In this document: positions 53,480-62,404 of the stretch, in pieces | Layout of the letters: each line of letters begins with the position of its first letter | Numbering within the stretch: the stretch's first letter is position 1 | Assembly (NCBI GenBank): GCA_964616145.1 | Contig: CAZTRD010000001.1 | Location: 4,024 to 68,023, forward strand | Direction of reading: 5' to 3' | DNA: 64,000 nt | Source: an uncultured Candidatus Saccharibacteria bacterium | Lineage (GTDB): Bacteria; Patescibacteriota; Minisyncoccia; Minisyncoccales; PEYH01 | Notes under the pieces: model-generated | Databases searched by the model: none | What the model saw: the letters and a program-made list of their open reading frames with translations, nothing else | Told to the model about the DNA's origin: nothing | Position numbers and translations under genes: made by a program

Positions 53480-54457
53480 ATGATCAGTTTAGAAAAACTG
53501 CAACAAGAGTTATCTGATCAGAAACCCTACAGATTAAAACAGGCATATAAAGCTGTTTTCAAGGATTTAATTTCTGATTGGCAAGAAGCTACTGTTTTTC
53601 CCATAGAATTAAGGGAAGAATTAAATAAAGAATGTCCTTTGACTATCAGATCAGGGGAAGTTTTAAAAGATAAAGATACGATAAAGGCAAAAATTATCCT
53701 TTATGATGATTTAGCCATAGAAACAGTATTAATGGAAAATACGAGAGGAAGGAATACTATTTGTGTATCTTCCCAGGTAGGTTGCCCAATGGGTTGCCTT
53801 TTCTGCGCTACCGGGACAATGGGACTTAAAAGAAACCTTTCTTTTTCTGAAATAGTCAATCAGATAATATTTTTTGCCAGAATGGGAAAGAATATAGATA
53901 ATATAGTATTTATGGGAATGGGAGAACCATTCCTTAACTACGATGAAGTTATAAAGGCAATTAAAATATTAAATGATAAAGATGGATTCAATATAGGAAT
54001 CAGGCATATTTCTGTATCTACCATAGGCATACCAGAAATGATCGAAAGGTTTAGTGATGAGAATATGCAAATCAACTTGGCGATTTCTTTACATGCCCCA
54101 AATGATAAGCTGAGATCATATTTAATGCCGGCTAATATCGGGTTAGAAAAACTATTTAAATCTGTTGATTCATATATCCAAAAAACCAATAGAAAGGTAA
54201 TGTTTGAATATCTTTTAATAGATGGGATTAACGATACCAAAGAATGCGCCCAAGAATTGGCAGATTTGATGAAAAAACCATTATATTTCCTTAATTTAAT
54301 AGAATATAATCCTACAGGTACCGAATTTAAACCATCTTCAGAAAAAAACAAAAAGATTTTTAAGGATATTTTAATCAAAAACAAAATACAATTTACCGAG
54401 AGATATAGGTTTGGACAGGATATAAAAGCTGCTTGTGGACAACTAGTAGCAAAATAG
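53480..54457 (+). CDS. rlmN: 23S rRNA/tRNA (adenine-C2)-methyltransferase RlmN (radical SAM)
   Basis: ICVSSQVGCPMGCLFCATG, MGMGEPFLN, and the C-terminal AACGQL. Confidence 0.9.
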   Translation: MISLEKLQQELSDQKPYRLKQAYKAVFKDLISDWQEATVFPIELREELNKECPLTIRSGEVLKDKDTIKAKIILYDDLAIETVLMENTRGRNTICVSSQVGCPMGCLFCATGTMGLKRNLSFSEIVNQIIFFARMGKNIDNIVFMGMGEPFLNYDEVIKAIKILNDKDGFNIGIRHISVSTIGIPEMIERFSDENMQINLAISLHAPNDKLRSYLMPANIGLEKLFKSVDSYIQKTNRKVMFEYLLIDGINDTKECAQELADLMKKPLYFLNLIEYNPTGTEFKPSSEKNKKIFKDILIKNKIQFTERYRFGQDIKAACGQLVAK

Positions 54458-54511
54458 CATTGGTTTTGTGATAAAATGATCTAAAGGTCATAAATAACTT
54501 TTGTTATCTCT

Positions 54512-54919
54512 ATGGTTACAAAAAAGAAGAAAAAAACCAAAAAAGTAGCTAAAAAACCTGCTAAGAAAAAAGTTGCCAAGAAAAAGATTGCAAAAAAGAG
54601 AATTATCAAGAAGAAGATTAAGAAAGCAACTCGCCAGAAGAAAATCGTAAAATCCATAAAGATTAAAGAATCGGAAGGGAAATTAATAGGGAGAGTGGTC
54701 CATTTCTTTGATCATATTGGGGTTGCCGTAATAAAGCTTAATTCTGGATTATCTGCAAAGGATAAAATACAGATAGTCGGGGGAGATATTGATTTTAAGC
54801 AAGAAGTTAAATCAATGCAGATAGAGCATAGGGGCATAAAGAAAGCTAAGGCGAAAGACGAAATCGGTTTAAAAGTCAGCAAAAAAGTCAGACCGGGCTA
54901 CAGGGTTTTTAAAATTTAG
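54512..54919 (+). CDS. Lys-rich (histone-H1-like tail) protein with a small beta-barrel C-terminal domain resembling EF-Tu domain 2
   Basis: 135 aa. The N-terminal ~45 aa are KKKKTKKVAKKPAKKKVAKKKIAKKRIIKKKIKKA. The C-terminus is GRVVHFFDHIGVAVIKLNSGLSAKDKIQIVG. The fold call is tentative. Confidence 0.45.
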   Translation: MVTKKKKKTKKVAKKPAKKKVAKKKIAKKRIIKKKIKKATRQKKIVKSIKIKESEGKLIGRVVHFFDHIGVAVIKLNSGLSAKDKIQIVGGDIDFKQEVKSMQIEHRGIKKAKAKDEIGLKVSKKVRPGYRVFKI

Positions 54920-54928
54920 CGATACAAA

Positions 54929-55360
54929 ATGCACATAATATTAGAATATCTTCACATAGAAGCTATTTTGCAAATTATATTAGCTGCTCTTTTAGGAGCG
55001 GTAATTGGATTAGAAAGAGAAAGGTGGAAAAAAGACGCTGGCTTTAGGACCTATACCCTTATCTGCATAGGATCTGCGTTGTTTGCCATGATTTGTGTTT
55101 ATAGCATTGATTTGTTCCCCGCAATGTCTTTTCAGCCGATCAATGCGGTTGCAATAGGAATAGGGTTTTTGGGAAGCGGATTGATATTGACAAAAAAGGG
55201 TCACATAGAAGGATTAACAACAGCAGTAAGCGCTTGGACTGCTTCAGCAATAGGAGTAGCTGTTGGGTTTAGATTATATGCCATGGCCTTTTTCGCAACG
55301 TTAGCTTGTTTTGTAGTTTTAAGGGTCTTGAGAAACATTGAAGAAAAATATTTAGATTAA
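54929..55360 (+). CDS. mgtC: MgtC/SapB-family membrane protein
   Basis: LGAVIGLERERWKKDAGFRTYTLICIGSALF. Confidence 0.8.
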   Translation: MHIILEYLHIEAILQIILAALLGAVIGLERERWKKDAGFRTYTLICIGSALFAMICVYSIDLFPAMSFQPINAVAIGIGFLGSGLILTKKGHIEGLTTAVSAWTASAIGVAVGFRLYAMAFFATLACFVVLRVLRNIEEKYLD

Positions 55361-55367
55361 TTCTTAA

Positions 55368-56486
55368 ATGACACCGTTTTTGAAAGCTTTGGCGATTTTA
55401 ATTGCTACTATTATCGGAGTAGGAATTTTTGGTTTACCTTTCGTGGCATCCAGGGCTGGTTTTATTCTTTTTGCAATATACATGCTGGTTATCTTGGGAA
55501 TAGCTATTATTTCCCATTTAATGTATGCCAAGGTTTGTCTTAATACGCCAGGAAAAAAACGCTTTCCCGGGTATGTTAAACAATATATTGGTCCTAGGGC
55601 GGCAAAATTCTCAATGGTTTCAATGTGTATTGGAATGTATGGAGCTCAATTGGCTTATCTTATTGTCGGAGGACAATTCTTTTATAATCTTTTATCCCCC
55701 TATTTTGGAGGAAACATCCTGCTCTATACATTTATATATTTCATTCTTGCCTCAGCATTGATTTATACAGGGATAAAAGGAATATCAGTCGTAGAATTTT
55801 TTGTTGTTATCTTATTTGCCATAATCATTATTGCTTTTGCGGTGAGGTTGTTGCCATTGGTTGAAGTCAATAATCTATCCCTTATCAACACTAAAGCCGT
55901 ATTTCTGCCATATGGAATAGTTTTGTTTGCCTTATGGGGTTCTTCTATTATTCCGGAGATGAAGGAACTATTGGAAAAGAAAAAAAAGTCATTGAATAAG
56001 GCAATAGTCATTGGATTGATATGGGCTGCCGCATTATATCTTATATTCTCTGGTGCGGTTGTGGGTTTTTGCGGGAACGATACAGGCAGCGAAGCATTTT
56101 CTTGCTTAAACACCAAATTGGGAGGAGGGATAGCTCAGATCGGATATCTTTTAGGAGCTATTACTTGCTTTAGCTCCTTTATCCTTTTAGGCCTTACTGT
56201 TAAAAAGAGCTTTCACTATGATTACAAATGGCCTAAGCATATTGCCTGGGCCATTGCCTCAATTGTTCCATTCTTGCTATACTTTGCTGGGTTAAAAAAC
56301 TACATTAATATTATTGGAATGACCGGAGCTGTAACTATCGGGATAGAAGGCGTTCTCTCCTTTTTTCTTTTCAAGAAATTGCAAGAAAAACTTTCCCAAA
56401 AAGTTATGTTCTGGCATTACATTCCTTTGATAGTTTTGATAGCCGGTCTATTTTTGGAAATTTCTAATTTCTTTTTCAGAAAATGA
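55368..56486 (+). CDS. Amino-acid permease-like transporter (about 11 helices)
   Basis: 372 aa. The N-terminal ATIIGVGIFGLPFVASRAGF resembles Aa_trans/aromatic amino-acid permease families. Confidence 0.5.
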   Translation: MTPFLKALAILIATIIGVGIFGLPFVASRAGFILFAIYMLVILGIAIISHLMYAKVCLNTPGKKRFPGYVKQYIGPRAAKFSMVSMCIGMYGAQLAYLIVGGQFFYNLLSPYFGGNILLYTFIYFILASALIYTGIKGISVVEFFVVILFAIIIIAFAVRLLPLVEVNNLSLINTKAVFLPYGIVLFALWGSSIIPEMKELLEKKKKSLNKAIVIGLIWAAALYLIFSGAVVGFCGNDTGSEAFSCLNTKLGGGIAQIGYLLGAITCFSSFILLGLTVKKSFHYDYKWPKHIAWAIASIVPFLLYFAGLKNYINIIGMTGAVTIGIEGVLSFFLFKKLQEKLSQKVMFWHYIPLIVLIAGLFLEISNFFFRK

Positions 56487-57292
56487 AAAAATATCTAATA
56501 ATAATTCCAATATCAATTATTCTGTTGGTGTTTTTCTCATGGGCTCTGTTAGAACCGTATTCCATCCAGACAGAATCCATAGAGATTGAGTTAAACAATC
56601 TTTCTTTGGAAGCCAGTCAGTTAAAGATAGTTCAGGTCTCAGATATTCATTTCAAAGGTTTTACAACCATACCAAGAAAGATTTCCGAAGAATTGATCAG
56701 ATTAAAACCAGATTATCTGTTTATCACAGGAGATATAGTAAACTGGGATTTAAAGAAGTTAGATGATTTAAAAGAATTCCTTGTGAAAATATCGGCAATC
56801 AAAGACATGGAAATATTCGGAGTTTTTGGAAATCATGAGTATTTAAGCAAGAAATTCCCGTCCATTGAAAAAATATTAAATGAATCGGAAATATACTTCT
56901 TGCACAACGAATCAGTTCTCTTAAAAGAAGGGATAAATCTTGTTGGGGTAGATGACCCGCATCTTGATCTTGATAATCTTTCAGAAGCTTCCAAAAACAT
57001 TGATCTAAACCTTCCGACAATCATTCTTGCGCATTCTCCGGAAATATTTGGAGAAGTTTTGATTGAAAACAGTTTGACGTTAGTGGGCCACACCCACGGA
57101 GGACAATTAAATATTCCTTTTGTTAGGAATATTTTGTTTTTAAAGAAAGGAAATAGGACATACAAAAGCGGACTATTTAAAGAGGACCGAAGGTATTTGT
57201 ATATAAATAGAGGGGTTGGAACAACCTTTCTTCCGATGCGCCTTAATGCTCCTCCGGAAATTACAATTATTTCTCTGATCGGGGCAAAGTGA
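56483..57292 (+). CDS. Membrane-anchored metallophosphoesterase
   Basis: VQVSDIHF, TGDIVNW, GNHE, GHTHGG. Confidence 0.85.
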   Translation: MKKYLIIIPISIILLVFFSWALLEPYSIQTESIEIELNNLSLEASQLKIVQVSDIHFKGFTTIPRKISEELIRLKPDYLFITGDIVNWDLKKLDDLKEFLVKISAIKDMEIFGVFGNHEYLSKKFPSIEKILNESEIYFLHNESVLLKEGINLVGVDDPHLDLDNLSEASKNIDLNLPTIILAHSPEIFGEVLIENSLTLVGHTHGGQLNIPFVRNILFLKKGNRTYKSGLFKEDRRYLYINRGVGTTFLPMRLNAPPEITIISLIGAK

Positions 57293-57332
57293 GGCCTTGA
57301 CACCATGTTTTAAGGGGGTAAACTGAGAAATT

Positions 57333-57800
57333 ATGGATCAAGGCAAGGTATATCTTACAAAAGAAGGGCATGAAAAATTTGAACACGAATTGGAAAATTT
57401 AAGGAAAGAATTGGAAGAAAAAATCAGAGAAGAAATGCCCTCTACCGCATCTAGCGAGCCTGATGAAGAATACATTTCTTTTCAGGAGAGTTTGGGTCAA
57501 TTAAGATCTAGAGTAAAGGAATTAGAAACCGTTTTGAGCAATTGCGAGATAATGGATTACAACCCGAAAGATCATTGCCAGATAGTCAGGGTTGGATGCA
57601 GGGTAGAAATGGAACACAATGGACAAAGAGAGGAGGTGATAATAGTAGGATCATTGGAGGCAAATCCTGATTTAAAAAAGATCAGCAATGAATCTCCTAT
57701 TGGCCGTGCCCTTATCGGCCACAGATCAGGAGATGAGATTCAGATAAAGGCCAGGACAATACAAACATTCAGAATCAGAAGAATAACTTACGGAGTTTAA
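57333..57800 (+). CDS. greA: Transcription elongation factor GreA
   Basis: YLTKEGHEKFEHELENLRK...ISNESPIGRALIGHRSGDEIQIKA. Confidence 0.85.
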   Translation: MDQGKVYLTKEGHEKFEHELENLRKELEEKIREEMPSTASSEPDEEYISFQESLGQLRSRVKELETVLSNCEIMDYNPKDHCQIVRVGCRVEMEHNGQREEVIIVGSLEANPDLKKISNESPIGRALIGHRSGDEIQIKARTIQTFRIRRITYGV

Positions 57801-57802
57801 TT

Positions 57803-57825
57803 AAAAGGGGCCATTGGCCCCTTTT
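57803..57825 (+). terminator. Bidirectional-type intrinsic terminator
   Basis: AAAA-GGGGCC-ATT-GGCCCC-TTTT. Confidence 0.75.
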
Positions 57826-57854
57826 AAGTTTGATACTATACTGAAAAGAATAAT

Positions 57855-59594
57855 ATGTATAACCAAGACCTAGCTAATATCTTTTACGAGATAGCTTTCC
57901 TTTTAGAAATGGATGGCGTTCCTTTTAAACCTGCTGCCTATGAAAAAGCCGCTATCGTTTTAGAGACGCTGGAGGAGGATATAGAAAAGATATATCAAGA
58001 TAAAGGAATAAAAGGATTTGAAGCAATGCCTGGAATTGGAAGAGGCATAGCTCAAAGGATGGAAGAATATATCAAGACAGGAAAAATTTCTTTTTACCAA
58101 TATCTCAAGAAAAAAATGCCGATAGATATAGGAGTTTTAGATTCTATTGAAGGCATGGGTCCAAGAAAGATAAAGGTGTTGTATGACAAATTAGGGATTA
58201 AAAATGTTAAAGATTTAGAGAAAGCTGCCAAGAATCATGAAATAGCTAAACTATTCGGTTTTGGCCATAAAACAGAAGGAAATATCCTTCAAGGGATTGA
58301 ATTCTTAAAGAGAAACAAAGGAAGATTTCTCTTTTCCGATGCCATTGCTATAGCTGAGAATGTAAAACAAGCTCTTGCTAAGTTAAAATTAGTTAAGAAG
58401 ATAGAAATAGCAGGATCATTAAGAAGAGGAAAAGAAACTATTGGAGATATAGATTTTCTGGCTATCGGCAATAACCATGAAAAGATAATGGATGCTTTTG
58501 TTAATCTTTCCGGAGTTGCAAAAGTTTGGGCTAAAGGAAGCACAAAATCATCAGTCAGATTTAAGAACGGAATTGATGCTGATTTAAGAATAGTTCCGGA
58601 AAAATCTTTTGGATCTGCTTTGCAATATTTTACCGGCTCAAAAGAACATAATATTGCTTTGAGAAAAATAGCGATAGATAAAAAGATGAAATTAAATGAA
58701 TACGGACTATTTAAAGGTTCAAAAATGATTGGCGGGTCAAATGAGGAAAAGATATATGAAATTCTTGGATTGGATTGGGTTAGTCCGGAATTAAGGGAAG
58801 ACAAGGAAGAAATAGAAGCAGGATTGAAACATAGGCTTCCAAAATTAATACAAGAAAAAGACATTAAAGGGGATTTACATTGTCATTCTGCCTGGAATGG
58901 AGGTAAAAATTCTTTGGAAGAATTAGCCAAAGAAGGAATTAAAAGAGGATATCAGTATTTAGGAATATCAGACCACACCAGATCTTTGAGGATAGAGAAC
59001 GGCCTGGAAGAAAAAGACATACTTTTGCAGATTAGGGAGATAGATAGAATTAACAAATCATTGGTTAAGAAAAGAATCAAATTCAGACTGCTTAAAGGAG
59101 CAGAAGTGAATATATTAAAAGATGGAACATTGGATATATCAGACAAGGTATTGTCTAAACTAGATTATGCCATTGGAGGAATTCATTCCGGCTTTAAGAT
59201 GAAAGAGTCGGAGAATACCCAGAGATTAATTAAAGCAATGCAGAATCCATATATCAGCATCATCTCTCATCCTACGGGAAGGATTATCAAAAGAAGAGAT
59301 GAGTATAGTATAGATTTGAATAAGGTTCTGGCCACAGCTAAAGAAACTAAAACCATTCTGGAAATCAATTCCTGCCCAGATAGGTTGGATTTAAAAGATG
59401 TTAATATTAGAAAAGCAAAAGATCTGGGGATTGGCATGATAATCAACTCTGATGCCCATGAAATGGAGCAATTGGATAATATAGGATTTGGAGTAACTCA
59501 AGCTAGGAGAGGATGGGCCGAGAAGAAAGATATAGTTAACTGCTTGAATATTGAGAAATTATTGGTAAGATTAAAAGAAAAAACAAAATCATGA
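57855..59594 (+). CDS. polX: Family X DNA polymerase with a C-terminal PHP phosphoesterase domain
   Basis: N-terminal HhH (IFYEIAFLLEMDGVPFKPAAYEKAA), GSLRRGKETIGDIDFL, and PHP motifs GDLHCHS and NSDAH. Confidence 0.9.
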   Translation: MYNQDLANIFYEIAFLLEMDGVPFKPAAYEKAAIVLETLEEDIEKIYQDKGIKGFEAMPGIGRGIAQRMEEYIKTGKISFYQYLKKKMPIDIGVLDSIEGMGPRKIKVLYDKLGIKNVKDLEKAAKNHEIAKLFGFGHKTEGNILQGIEFLKRNKGRFLFSDAIAIAENVKQALAKLKLVKKIEIAGSLRRGKETIGDIDFLAIGNNHEKIMDAFVNLSGVAKVWAKGSTKSSVRFKNGIDADLRIVPEKSFGSALQYFTGSKEHNIALRKIAIDKKMKLNEYGLFKGSKMIGGSNEEKIYEILGLDWVSPELREDKEEIEAGLKHRLPKLIQEKDIKGDLHCHSAWNGGKNSLEELAKEGIKRGYQYLGISDHTRSLRIENGLEEKDILLQIREIDRINKSLVKKRIKFRLLKGAEVNILKDGTLDISDKVLSKLDYAIGGIHSGFKMKESENTQRLIKAMQNPYISIISHPTGRIIKRRDEYSIDLNKVLATAKETKTILEINSCPDRLDLKDVNIRKAKDLGIGMIINSDAHEMEQLDNIGFGVTQARRGWAEKKDIVNCLNIEKLLVRLKEKTKS

Positions 59595-59788
59595 AGATTA
59601 AAGAGATAAAAGTGGATCAGGATCTGTGTATTGGCTGCGGCAGTTGCGAAGCATTTGCTCCGAAAGCCTTTGAGTTAAGGAATGGTAAGTCTTTTGTGAA
59701 AGAAGGATGGGAAAAAGAAAATGAGGAGAATGTAAAAACAGCTCAAAGTTCTTGTCCTGTGTCAGCCATTATCATTATTGAAGAATAA
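59591..59788 (+). CDS. Small ferredoxin (single Fe-S cluster type)
   Basis: 65 aa: CIGCGSCEAFAP ... SCPVSAI. Confidence 0.8.
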   Translation: MKIKEIKVDQDLCIGCGSCEAFAPKAFELRNGKSFVKEGWEKENEENVKTAQSSCPVSAIIIIEE

Positions 59789-59790
59789 TC

Positions 59791-60231
59791 ATGCCTAGAG
59801 AAAAATCAGCAGGAGCAGTAGTAATTCATAAAGGAAAGCAGATCGAATATCTGCTTCTTTTGTATCCTGGTCTAGCTAGCAAGCATAAGAGCTATTGGGA
59901 TTTTCCCAAAGGGCACATTGAGAAAGGGGAATCAGAACAGGATACTATCATTAGAGAGATAAAAGAAGAAACAGGACTAGTTGGTTTAAAAATATTTCCC
60001 GAATTCAGGAAATCAATTAAATACTATTTTCAAAAAGAAGGTAAAACTATTTTTAAAACAGTTGCGTTCTATCTTGCAGAATCTAAAACTAAAAACGTAA
60101 CTATTTCTCCGGAACATCTTGATTACATCTGGCTCTCTTACAGACAGGCCTTAGATGCAATGAAGCATATAAATGCCAAGAGGGTTTTAAAAAGAGCTAA
60201 TGGGTATATTTCTATGATAAATTTAAAATAG
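59791..60231 (+). CDS. NUDIX hydrolase
   Basis: Nudix box GHIEKGESEQDTIIREIKEETGL. Confidence 0.85.
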   Translation: MPREKSAGAVVIHKGKQIEYLLLLYPGLASKHKSYWDFPKGHIEKGESEQDTIIREIKEETGLVGLKIFPEFRKSIKYYFQKEGKTIFKTVAFYLAESKTKNVTISPEHLDYIWLSYRQALDAMKHINAKRVLKRANGYISMINLK

Positions 60232-60287
60232 TGCCTTGTGTAAAGACAAAAAGGGTGATAAAATTAAAAATTATTTACGATAAACTT

Positions 60288-61250
60288 ATGCCCAAATTAC
60301 TTATGCCGAAACTTAAAAATAGATTAATGTTTCTTGGTATATGCGTTATCGTGTTAGCAATATGCTTATTTTTTATTTTCACGAGTATATGTAAAGATGG
60401 GAAGTGTAGTCTAGGAAATGCTACTATTGTTCCAACATTCCAGATATCTGTAATGAAGGATGGTTCTGGGAATGGAACTTTTTACGGTATTGTCAAAGGA
60501 AAAAAAGTATTTACTTGCGATGAAAATTGTTTCAGTATTCAGTATTATTCTGCTCCAAAGGGAACAGTGATAACTATTTATGCAATTCCAGACAAAGAAT
60601 CGGCCTTCGTTGGATGGACGGGCAGAGGATGCTCTGGAAAAAAATCTCCATGTTCTCTTAAAGTTGATAGCGCTAAAGGTGTTCGTTCGAGGTTCGATAT
60701 CGTACAAGAAGTTACCCTTAGTGTTTTGAAGGATGGGTTAGGTAACGGTTCTTTTTATGGAATTGTTGGTACTAAAAAAGTATTTACTTGCGATGAAAAT
60801 TGTGCTGATGCGTGGTATGACGCTCCTCAGGGAACTATTGTAAAGATCTATGCTAAACCAGACAAAGAATCGGTATTCACTGGATGGACAGGGAGGGGAT
60901 GCTCTGGCAAGAAAACTCCCTGTGTGCTTACCATGGATTATGACAAAGGTGTTCGTCCGAGGTTCGATATCGTACAAGAAGTTACCCTTAGTGTTTTGAA
61001 GGATGGGTTAGGTAACGGTTCTTTTTATGGAATTGTTGGTACTAAAAAAGTATTTACTTGCGATGAAAATTGTGCTGATGCGTGGTATGACGCTCCTCAG
61101 GGAACTATTGTAAAGATCTATGCTAAACCAGACAAAGAATCGGTATTCACTGGATGGACAGGGAGGGGATGCTCTGGCAAGAAAACTCCCTGTGTGCTTA
61201 CCATGGATTATGACAAAGGTGTTCGTCCGAGGTTCGATTTGAAGAATTAA
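60288..61250 (+). CDS. Membrane-anchored protein with three ~90-aa repeats of a divergent InlB B-repeat-like domain
   Basis: Signal anchor LMFLGICVIVLAICLFF. Three repeats each end [FV]xGWTGRGCSGKK[ST]PC..[KM]D..KGVR[SP]RFD. The track ORF starts at a GTG at 60231; the ATG at 60288 is preferred. Confidence 0.65.
   Translation: MPKLLMPKLKNRLMFLGICVIVLAICLFFIFTSICKDGKCSLGNATIVPTFQISVMKDGSGNGTFYGIVKGKKVFTCDENCFSIQYYSAPKGTVITIYAIPDKESAFVGWTGRGCSGKKSPCSLKVDSAKGVRSRFDIVQEVTLSVLKDGLGNGSFYGIVGTKKVFTCDENCADAWYDAPQGTIVKIYAKPDKESVFTGWTGRGCSGKKTPCVLTMDYDKGVRPRFDIVQEVTLSVLKDGLGNGSFYGIVGTKKVFTCDENCADAWYDAPQGTIVKIYAKPDKESVFTGWTGRGCSGKKTPCVLTMDYDKGVRPRFDLKN
60688..61238 (+). repeat. Perfect 270-nt tandem duplication (2 copies plus 11 nt) inside the repeat-protein gene
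   Basis: 60688-60968 is identical base for base to 60958-61238 (281 nt at a 270-nt offset). The first divergent base is T at 60687 versus C at 60957. Confidence 0.95.
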
Positions 61251-61272
61251 AACTTAGTCAATAAAAAGACTT

Positions 61273-61298
61273 AAAAACAACCCACTATGGTTGTTTTT
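61273..61298. terminator. Bidirectional terminator between convergent genes
   Basis: AAAAACAACC-CACTAT-GGTTGTTTTT. Confidence 0.7.
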
Positions 61299-61314
61299 AA
61301 ATTAAAACTAACAT

Positions 61315-61665
61315 CTACTTCATCCCTACAGTTTTTAATATCTCTTGAAACGCTTCTGGCTTTTCATTGATTACTTGGGCTAATATCTTTCTATCTATCG
61401 CCACCTTACTTTTGGTAAGAGCATTGATGAATTTGCTGTAAGTGGTTCCATTTAATCTGCAAGCAGCATTGATTTGAATTTGCCAAAGATTTCTCCTTAC
61501 TCTTTTTTTAGCTCTTCTATCTCTGTAAGCATATGTCTTAGCTTTCATATATGCTTCTTTGGCGGCTGCAAATTTATTATTTCTTCCCCATTTGTAGCCC
61601 TTTGTTTGAGATAGGAGACTCCTTCTCTTTTTATTAGCGTTTACGCCTCTTTTTACTCTTGTCAT
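61315..61665 (-). CDS. rplT: 50S ribosomal protein L20
   Basis: MTRVKRGVNANKKRRSLLSQTKGYKWGRNNKFAAAKEAYMKA. Confidence 0.95.
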   Translation of the reverse strand: MTRVKRGVNANKKRRSLLSQTKGYKWGRNNKFAAAKEAYMKAKTYAYRDRRAKKRVRRNLWQIQINAACRLNGTTYSKFINALTKSKVAIDRKILAQVINEKPEAFQEILKTVGMK

Positions 61666-61666
61666 G

Positions 61667-61879
61667 CTATTTGGTCTGTTTAATTGGTAAAAATCTTAAG
61701 GATTTCCTCACTACTTTTGCTTCCGAAGGATTTAACTCGACCCATTTTCTCTTCTTTCTGATTTGGTCCCCTGTTTTTTTTGCTCTGAAATGATCCTGAC
61801 CGGTAGCCCTGCGAAGAATCTTTCCATTCTTAGTCATTTTGAACCTTTTGGTCAGGGAGTGTCTCGTTTTTGATTTCAT
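61667..61879 (-). CDS. rpmI: 50S ribosomal protein L35
   Basis: MKSKTRHSLTKRFKMTKNGKILRRATGQDH. Overlaps the infC 3' end by 50 nt in another frame. Confidence 0.85.
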   Translation of the reverse strand: MKSKTRHSLTKRFKMTKNGKILRRATGQDHFRAKKTGDQIRKKRKWVELNPSEAKVVRKSLRFLPIKQTK

Positions 61880-62336
61880 TTTTGCCTTTTTTAATAATTA
61901 ATGATAGTCCTCTCGGATCTTTTTTCAATCCTTGATCTGTTTCTATTGAAGTGTAGGAAGATAGTATTTCAACAAACTTATTTACTTTCTCTGTCGCTAA
62001 CTCATTGAAGGCTTTCTGCCTTCCCCTCAAAATCATCTCTACCCTCACCCTGTCTCCATCATCCAAGAATTTCTTGGATTGTTTTGCTTTCGTTTCCATA
62101 TCGTGCAGAGAGATATTGAAGTTTAACCTAATTCCTTTGACTTGGCTAGTTTTTGTTTTCTTTTCGCCTTTCTTCAACTGATACAAGTATTTTCCGTAAT
62201 CAATTAGCTTGCAAATCACTGGAGTCGTTTTTTCGGTAATCAAGATTAGATCTAAGTCCCTTTCTTCGGCCATTCGCAGAGCTTCTTCTTTAGAAAAAAC
62301 TCCCAATTGCTGGCCTTGTTCGTCTACTAGTCTCAT
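61830..62336 (-). CDS. infC: Translation initiation factor IF-3 (ATG-anchored minimum; true start probably a non-canonical ATA/ATC codon at 62361-62393)
   Basis: RLVDEQGQQLGVFSKEEALRMAEERDLDLILI. The frame is open upstream and encodes KRVIINNQIRADQ, homologous to the conserved IF-3 N-terminus, with no ATG/GTG/TTG. Confidence 0.9.
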   Translation of the reverse strand: MRLVDEQGQQLGVFSKEEALRMAEERDLDLILITEKTTPVICKLIDYGKYLYQLKKGEKKTKTSQVKGIRLNFNISLHDMETKAKQSKKFLDDGDRVRVEMILRGRQKAFNELATEKVNKFVEILSSYTSIETDQGLKKDPRGLSLIIKKGKNEIKNETLPDQKVQND

Positions 62337-62404
62337 CTGGTCAGCCCTTATTTGATTGTTGATTATTACTCTTTTAAAAATATTATTCTATTTAATTATC
62401 TTAA

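Noticed and set aside
60688-61238. CRISPR array or non-coding tandem repeat
   Set aside because: The repeat unit is 270 nt with no spacers, is in frame, and encodes a protein domain. No CRISPR-like short repeat/spacer array was seen anywhere in the window.
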